A stretch of DNA of 60,472 nt from Clostridia bacterium (GTDB lineage: Bacteria; Bacillota; Clostridia; Christensenellales; UBA1242), in contig JAFQFI010000008.1 in the NCBI GenBank assembly GCA_017398655.1, positions 1 through 60,472 of the forward strand, read 5' to 3'. The position numbers and the translations under genes are program-made. The notes beneath the pieces were generated by a model that was given only the letters and a program-made list of their open reading frames with translations, had not been told where the DNA came from and did no database searches. Shown here in pieces: positions 54,945 through 60,472 of the stretch. Position 1 is the stretch's first letter. Each line of letters begins with the position of its first letter.

Positions 54945-55784
54945 CTATTTTAAGATTTCCTTTTTTTCTTTTATCATTTTTTCAATTACATCTACTCTTT
55001 TTTTTGCTTCTTTTAGATATTCTTCTAAAGTAAGCATTTTATATTTATCTGGATTGCCCAATGTTTTTTTGTTAACTTCAAGCATTATAACATTATTATA
55101 ACTTGATTGTGCAATATTTGAAGTAATATTTTCATAATTCAATTTGCCGTCAAATGGAAGTAAGTGTCTATCTTTTGTATAATCGTCATACTTTTTATAA
55201 TCCATATAATTATCGTGCAAATGTATAGCAATTACCCTATTGCTATATTTTTTTAATATATCAATTTTTGGATAATATAAGTTGTGATGACCAGTATCAT
55301 AGCAATAACCTAATTTTTCTTGCGGAATATTTTCTAAAATATAGTCAAGATATTTTAAACTTTCTTTATCCACATTTTCTATTGCCAAATGTACATTTTT
55401 ACTTATTGCATAATTTACAACTTCCAAAACAGATTCTAAACCCTTTTTATTAACTCCAACTGGCTTTGTATTTGGGTTTCCTGCTATTGGGTGAATAATT
55501 GCAATTGGTATATTATATTTGCTACAAATATCAATTTCATTTTTTAATTTGTTTATGTATTTTACATTAACTGGACTATTTACCCAAAAAGCATTTGCTT
55601 CTCTACAAGACAAATGAACATAAGGTATATTAAGACCTAATCTTTTTGCTTCTAAAATAGATTCTTCAATTTCTGCTTCTTTAAATGCAATCATAACATT
55701 GTTAAATCCAGCATTTTTGATTTCTGCATATAAAGATTTCATATCTAAGCCATATTCAATATTTGTATTAATTCCAACACTCAT
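54945..55784 (-). CDS. xylose-isomerase-like TIM-barrel protein (sugar phosphate isomerase/epimerase or AP-endonuclease-2 family)
   Basis: 279 aa. The spacing of IHP...E...HLHD residues is typical of this fold. Confidence 0.6.
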   Translation of the reverse strand: MSVGINTNIEYGLDMKSLYAEIKNAGFNNVMIAFKEAEIEESILEAKRLGLNIPYVHLSCREANAFWVNSPVNVKYINKLKNEIDICSKYNIPIAIIHPIAGNPNTKPVGVNKKGLESVLEVVNYAISKNVHLAIENVDKESLKYLDYILENIPQEKLGYCYDTGHHNLYYPKIDILKKYSNRVIAIHLHDNYMDYKKYDDYTKDRHLLPFDGKLNYENITSNIAQSSYNNVIMLEVNKKTLGNPDKYKMLTLEEYLKEAKKRVDVIEKMIKEKKEILK

Positions 55785-55887
55785 TAAACTAACCTACTTA
55801 TTATATTTTACAAAAACAATTATTACACAACTATTATATTTTCTCAACCTTTAAACAATAATTATTTAAAAAGAAATTTTTTTAATT

Positions 55888-56883
55888 TTAGTTTAACCCT
55901 AAAACTTTTGAAACTTCTTTTATTTTTTTATTAGCTACTCTTCTTGCTTTTTGCGCACCTTTTTGAAGTATATTTTTTAAAAAATTTTCATTATTATATT
56001 TTTTATATTTTTCTTGAATATCCTTAAGCAAATCACCTACTGCTTCTGCTACTTCTTTTTTAAAATCTCCGTATCCCTTATTTTTAAATCTATTTTCAAT
56101 GCTCTCAAAACTTTCGCCCGTTATTTTTGATAATATGCTCATTAAGTTTGATATTCCCGGTTGATTTTCTTCGTCAAATTTTACTTGATTTAAACTATCA
56201 GTTTTTGCACTCATTATTTTCTTTTTGGCAACTTCTATATCGTCTAATAAAAATATTGTTCCTTTATTATCTCCATTATCTGACTTATTCATTTTTTCTT
56301 CTGGATTCTGCAAGTTTAAAATTTTATTGCCAATGGGTGCTATAAAAACATCTGGCATGTTAAAAACATCACCATACTTTTTGTTAAATCTTTCTGCTAA
56401 ATCTCTTGTTAATTCAACATGTTGTTGTTGGTCTTTTCCAACTGGAACAATAGCCGTATCATATAGTAAAATATCAGACACCATTAAAGTTGGATAAACA
56501 AACAGTCCCGTATCAACCCCAAATTTGCCCACATTTTGAGATTTATACTTAAACTGAGTCATTCTTTGCAATTCTCCCATTTTTGTCTGAAAGGTCATAA
56601 TAAAACCCAAAAAACCATGTTCTAATACATCGCTTTGCTTAAAAATTGTTGTTTTTTCAAAATCTACCCCACAAGATAAGTACATTGCAATAGAATTTCT
56701 TATAGATTCTTTTAATTTTTTTGGCTCAACATAACTGGTTAAAGCGTGTAAATCTGCAATAAAAATATAACTTTTAAAATCATTTTGTTTTTCAACAAAA
56801 TTTTTAATAGCACCAAGATAATTACCCAATGTTAAATTTCCACTTGGTCTAACACCTGTTAACATTACCTTTTTATTTTTCAT
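55888..56883 (-). CDS. trpS: tryptophan--tRNA ligase
   Basis: 331 aa. GVRPSGNLTLGNYLG (HIGH-like) and KMNKS. Overlaps the trpB stop by 11 nt. Confidence 0.9.
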   Translation of the reverse strand: MKNKKVMLTGVRPSGNLTLGNYLGAIKNFVEKQNDFKSYIFIADLHALTSYVEPKKLKESIRNSIAMYLSCGVDFEKTTIFKQSDVLEHGFLGFIMTFQTKMGELQRMTQFKYKSQNVGKFGVDTGLFVYPTLMVSDILLYDTAIVPVGKDQQQHVELTRDLAERFNKKYGDVFNMPDVFIAPIGNKILNLQNPEEKMNKSDNGDNKGTIFLLDDIEVAKKKIMSAKTDSLNQVKFDEENQPGISNLMSILSKITGESFESIENRFKNKGYGDFKKEVAEAVGDLLKDIQEKYKKYNNENFLKNILQKGAQKARRVANKKIKEVSKVLGLN

Positions 56884-58060
56884 TTTTGTTTTCTCCTTTT
56901 AAAGACAAAATAAAATCAATATCTTTATCTCCTCTACCAGAAAGATTTACTACAATGCTTTTTTCCTTATCTAAAGTTTTTGCAATTTTTATTGCGTATG
57001 CTAAAGCATGCGAAGATTCAAGTGCCGGAATAATACCTTCTTCTTTTGTAAGCATATAAAAAGCGTTTAAAACTTCTGCGTCGCCTACGGCCTCATACTT
57101 CACTCTTTTAATTTCATCTAAATATGCATGTTCTGGTCCTACTCCGGGATAATCAAGCCCACTGGCAATAGAATATGCATCAGAAATATTTCCATTTTTA
57201 TCCTTTAAAACTTTTGATTTAAACCCTTGATAAACCCCAACTTCACCAAATTTAATTGTACAAGAATTATCTCCTATATTTTCTCCTCTGCCCAAAGCTT
57301 CAACACCAATTAATTTAACTTCTTTTTCTTTAATAAATGGATAAAAAATTCCAATTGCATTAGACCCCCCTCCAACACAAGCAACAATATAATCTGGATT
57401 TTTGTTTTCTGCTTTCTTAAATTGTTTTTTAGTTTCTTTCCCTATCACACTTTGAAAATCTCTAACCATAGTTGGAAATGGATGTGGACCTACTACAGAG
57501 CCAATACAATAAAGTGAAGTTTTGTATTGTTTATAATAAGACAATAGTGCACTATCTACTGCATCTTTTAAAGTTCCGTCTCCTTGAGAACACTCTATTA
57601 TTTTTGCCCCCAACATTTTCATTTTTTCTACATTTGCTCTTTGTTTTTCTATATCAACAACTCCCATATGAATTTCACATTTTAGCCCCAACATAGTACA
57701 AGCAGTTGCAATAGATACTCCATGTTGCCCTGCGCCTGTTTCTGCAATAATTTTTGTTTTACCCAATCTCTTTGCAAGCAAACACTCGCCTATTGCGTGG
57801 TTTATTTTGTGAGCACCAGTATGATTTAAATCTTCTCTTTTTAAATATATTTTTGCACCTCCAATTTTTTCGGTTAGGTTTTTACAAAAATATAATGGAG
57901 TTGGCCTTCCTTGAAAATCTCTTCTTAAATTATTTAATTCTTTTATAAAATCTTTGTCTTTTTTTATTTTTAAATATTCTTTTTCTACTATATCTAATTC
58001 TTGTTGAATTTCACTTGAAACAAAACTGCCTCCGTAAATTCCAAAATATCCTTTTTTCAT
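56873..58060 (-). CDS. trpB: tryptophan synthase beta chain
   Basis: 395 aa. HTGAHKINH (PLP lysine), GGGSNAIG and related motifs. Confidence 0.95.
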   Translation of the reverse strand: MKKGYFGIYGGSFVSSEIQQELDIVEKEYLKIKKDKDFIKELNNLRRDFQGRPTPLYFCKNLTEKIGGAKIYLKREDLNHTGAHKINHAIGECLLAKRLGKTKIIAETGAGQHGVSIATACTMLGLKCEIHMGVVDIEKQRANVEKMKMLGAKIIECSQGDGTLKDAVDSALLSYYKQYKTSLYCIGSVVGPHPFPTMVRDFQSVIGKETKKQFKKAENKNPDYIVACVGGGSNAIGIFYPFIKEKEVKLIGVEALGRGENIGDNSCTIKFGEVGVYQGFKSKVLKDKNGNISDAYSIASGLDYPGVGPEHAYLDEIKRVKYEAVGDAEVLNAFYMLTKEEGIIPALESSHALAYAIKIAKTLDKEKSIVVNLSGRGDKDIDFILSLKGENKNEK

Positions 58061-58090
58061 AAATAAAATCTCCTTTTTAAAAAAAACATA

Positions 58091-58137
58091 AAAAATACCC
58101 GTTGATAAGTTTTAACTAACAAAACATACCAACGGGC
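58091..58137 (-). terminator. attenuator terminator in the trpB leader
   Basis: On the minus strand, CCCGTTG...CAACGGG followed by a T-rich run, just before the trpB SD. Confidence 0.55.
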
Positions 58138-58239
58138 ACTCAGATTTTATTTATATATAAAAATATCCAATCCATTTATATGCTTTGTGACGACATAAAA
58201 AAGCCCTCACAAAACATACCATTTTGCGAACGCTTTACC

Positions 58240-58272
58240 TTACCAACGCCACCAAATAAATGAATTAAACAT
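58240..58272 (-). CDS. Trp-rich leader peptide MFNSFIWWRW
   Basis: 10 codons, 3 of them TGG. SD AAGGAGA lies 8 nt upstream, between the promoter and the attenuator of trpB-trpS. Confidence 0.6.
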   Translation of the reverse strand: MFNSFIWWRW

Positions 58273-58306
58273 TATATTTTTCTCCTTAAATTTAATTTAC
58301 ATAAAA

Positions 58307-58335
58307 AGTATATGGCATAAATTAACTATTGTCAA
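58307..58335 (-). promoter_or_regulatory. promoter of the trp leader-trpB-trpS unit
   Basis: TTGACA, 17 nt, TATACT on the minus strand. Confidence 0.6.
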
Positions 58336-58431
58336 TATTATTATATGGCAATTAATCATAGTTTTTTAATAAAAATATCAAAAAAAGAAAAGGATTCATA
58401 TATATATTTAAAAATATTAAGGAGATTTTTT

Positions 58432-59748
58432 ATGAATCCATTTAAAGAAAAACCTATAAATTTAATAAATTGCTTTCAAAACTGGAAACAACTATATCCA
58501 AAGCCATATGATAAATTTAAAGTAGACCCTTATACAAAAGCAAGAATAATTCTTATGAACGGTACAGAGTTTGAAGCAAATTGGTTTTCACATAACTTTG
58601 CTCGTCACACAACAAACAATGACCTTCGCAGAGAACTTGCCTTAACTCGATCAATAGAAAAACAACAACAAATAAAATTATCATTGCTTAAACCAGCCAA
58701 CGAAAGTATTTTAGAACATACCATTAGTTATGAACAACTTGCTGTTGACTTAACTGCAGAATTAGCAAAAAGAGAAACCGATTGTTATGTTAAAAAAGCA
58801 CTTGATTTTGCTTTATTAGAAGATTTTGACCATCTTTATCGCTTTTCAAATTTATTAGAAATAGAACAAGGCATAAAAGCCGAAAAGTTGGTGGGAAGAT
58901 ACACAGAAATAATGCCGGGAAGACCAACAATTGCTCATCATAGATTTAATGTAGATAATGTAAAAAGAGCAATAGATTCAAAAAAATTAGATAAGCAATC
59001 TGTGTTAAACACTATGATTATTACAGCTGCAGAGCAACAAACTATGAACTACTACATGAATGTAACAAACTTGGTAAAAGGTGACCTTGCAAGAAAACTT
59101 TACCAAGAAATATCCCAAGTAGAAGAAGAACATGTAACCCAATACGAATCTCTTATGGATTCTGGTACAACTTGGCTTGAAATGTTGTTGTGGCACGAAT
59201 ATACAGAATGTTATTTGTACTGGTCTTGTTTTTTAACCGAAACAGATTCTTATGTTAAATCTATTTGGGAAGAAAATTTAAAAATGGAAATAGCTCACCT
59301 TCATAAAGCATGCGAATTGTTAGAAAAATATGAAAATAAAAATTGGCAAGATATTATACCAGACGGAGAGTTTCCTGAGCCAATTTCTTTACACGAAAAC
59401 ATAGAGTATGTTAGAAATATTTTAAATAATACAGTTCAATTTACTGGTAATTTTGAAGAATATATAAATATCAATCAATTACCAAACGATTCCAACTTTT
59501 TTAAATATCAAAATATCATTAATCCAAGTTCAGAAATTGTACCATCCCATATTGTTATCAATTCTCATATCAAAGCATACGGTCAAGATTATAGATTTGA
59601 AGTCGCTCCAAATCCAGTAGAACAATTGCGTAATAGGCAAAAAGATAATACTAATGTTGGTAGAGTTCCTAACGAAGCTTATAGTTCCGATTTCTTTTGC
59701 AACACCCTCAATTTAAACTCTAATCCCCCACCCTTTTACGATTGTTAA
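58432..59748 (+). CDS. ferritin-like (di-iron four-helix-bundle-like) domain protein
   Basis: 438 aa from the ATG at 58432 after AAGGAGA. Contains ExxH motifs EEEH and EIAH. The ORF-track start at 58345 lacks an SD. Confidence 0.4.
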   Translation: MNPFKEKPINLINCFQNWKQLYPKPYDKFKVDPYTKARIILMNGTEFEANWFSHNFARHTTNNDLRRELALTRSIEKQQQIKLSLLKPANESILEHTISYEQLAVDLTAELAKRETDCYVKKALDFALLEDFDHLYRFSNLLEIEQGIKAEKLVGRYTEIMPGRPTIAHHRFNVDNVKRAIDSKKLDKQSVLNTMIITAAEQQTMNYYMNVTNLVKGDLARKLYQEISQVEEEHVTQYESLMDSGTTWLEMLLWHEYTECYLYWSCFLTETDSYVKSIWEENLKMEIAHLHKACELLEKYENKNWQDIIPDGEFPEPISLHENIEYVRNILNNTVQFTGNFEEYININQLPNDSNFFKYQNIINPSSEIVPSHIVINSHIKAYGQDYRFEVAPNPVEQLRNRQKDNTNVGRVPNEAYSSDFFCNTLNLNSNPPPFYDC

Positions 59749-60139
59749 AAACAATAACACAACCATTTTTTTATATACCATAAATTTAAATTATAAATTG
59801 CTAATAAATTATTAAGTTAAATACCTTAAGGTTTATTAAGTTAAACACTAAATATATTTAATAACCCAATAATAAAAAGTCCTGAAAATAATCAGGACTT
59901 TTTATTTTCAATTCTAAATAACTATTTTACTTTTATATCAAATGATAATAATATATTAAAGTTCATTTAATTTATTTAATTTTTAAAATTAATAAAAATT
60001 AGTATTTTTATTGCTAACAAAGTTTAATTTTTAAAATTTTATTATTAAGTAAAATAAAATTAAAAAAAAATAGTTGAAAAAATAAATAAAATGTGTATAA
60101 TATAATTCTGTTGATTAAATCAACAAATTAAATATCTAT

Positions 60140-60227
60140 GGAGAGTTGGCTGAGCGGTCGAAAGCGGCGGTCTTGAAAACCGTTTAGGTGAAAGCCTACT
60201 GGGGTTCGAATCCCTAACTCTCCGCCA
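60140..60227 (+). tRNA. tRNA-Ser (TGA)
   Basis: GGAGAGTTGGCTGAGCGG...CTTGAAAACCG...long variable arm...GGGGTTCGAATCCCTAACTCTCCGCCA. Confidence 0.9.
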
Positions 60228-60231
60228 ACAT

Positions 60232-60280
60232 AGTGTTCAAAAATGTCTCTTTTATAGAGTTCAGCTTGAACACTTTTTTT
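60232..60280 (+). terminator. terminator after tRNA-Ser
   Basis: AGTGTTCAA...TTGAACACT followed by T7. Confidence 0.6.
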
Positions 60281-60472
60281 ATTCCCTAAACCCCAGTAAT
60301 ATAGGCATATTTAAGGATTTGGGGATTTTTTTATTTTATATAAAACTATAAAAACAAATGTCTCTCCACAAAATTAACATTACAAGACACACACTCTTGC
60401 CACCACTTTGTTGTAAAAATATCTAGGAGGGATTTGAACTAAATTTCAAAAAATTACTTAAAAATATAATAA

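Noticed and set aside
58061-58300. T-box or TRAP-binding leader upstream of trpB-trpS
   Set aside because: No T-box consensus (…GGTGGTACCGCG-like) and no array of spaced GAG/TAG triplets is visible. The Trp-codon leader peptide explains the region better.
60425-60472. tRNA-like fragment (ggagggatttgaac) at the window edge
   Set aside because: It resembles a T-arm in reverse, but the complementary stem half is missing. No cloverleaf can be drawn within the window.

Overview
This is a very AT-rich bacterial chromosome segment read with the standard genetic code. Long ORFs fill the window, Shine-Dalgarno sites are GGAGG-like, and dipicolinate synthase dpaA/dpaB points to an endospore-forming Firmicute. 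All functional calls rest on motifs I recognised by eye; no database search was possible. Most of the window is housekeeping: dut, a PGM/PMM-family mutase, glycosyltransferases, type III glutamine synthetase, rsmD, valS, tyrA, guaA, trpB-trpS, and four tRNAs (Lys-CTT, initiator Met, Arg-ACG, Ser-TGA). The standout feature is a ~14.5 kb integrated element at 18029-32537, inserted in the 3' half of tRNA-Lys(CTT) and bounded by perfect 49-bp direct repeats. It carries a tyrosine integrase, tandem XRE repressors at a switch region with four phased operators, and a long minus-strand module with no recognisable capsid, terminase, portal or tail genes. That module instead holds a Zot-like P-loop ATPase with N-terminal TM helices, two very large membrane-anchored surface proteins and several small membrane proteins. 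Next come a GC-rich non-coding block containing a 99-nt near-perfect nested hairpin, a winged-helix replication-like gene with internal iterons, and two cargo units. One cargo unit is a terminator-insulated Ser/Thr kinase ending in an SSB-tail-like DEDLPF. The other is a translationally coupled XRE / ImmA-like HExxH peptidase / PIN-like operon. Just outside the element, next to the displaced tRNA end, sit a TM-anchored Mrr-cat nuclease-domain protein and a long RelA/SpoT (toxSAS/CapRel-like) protein. Other notable loci are an SPFH/double-zinc-ribbon cluster with tandem YdjG-like paralogues, and a zeta-toxin-like operon behind a consensus promoter and a terminated leader. There is also a Trp-rich leader peptide (MFNSFIWWRW) with an attenuator upstream of trpB-trpS, and a small structured transcript with a 24-codon ORF. 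No CRISPR array, rRNA or transposase was seen.
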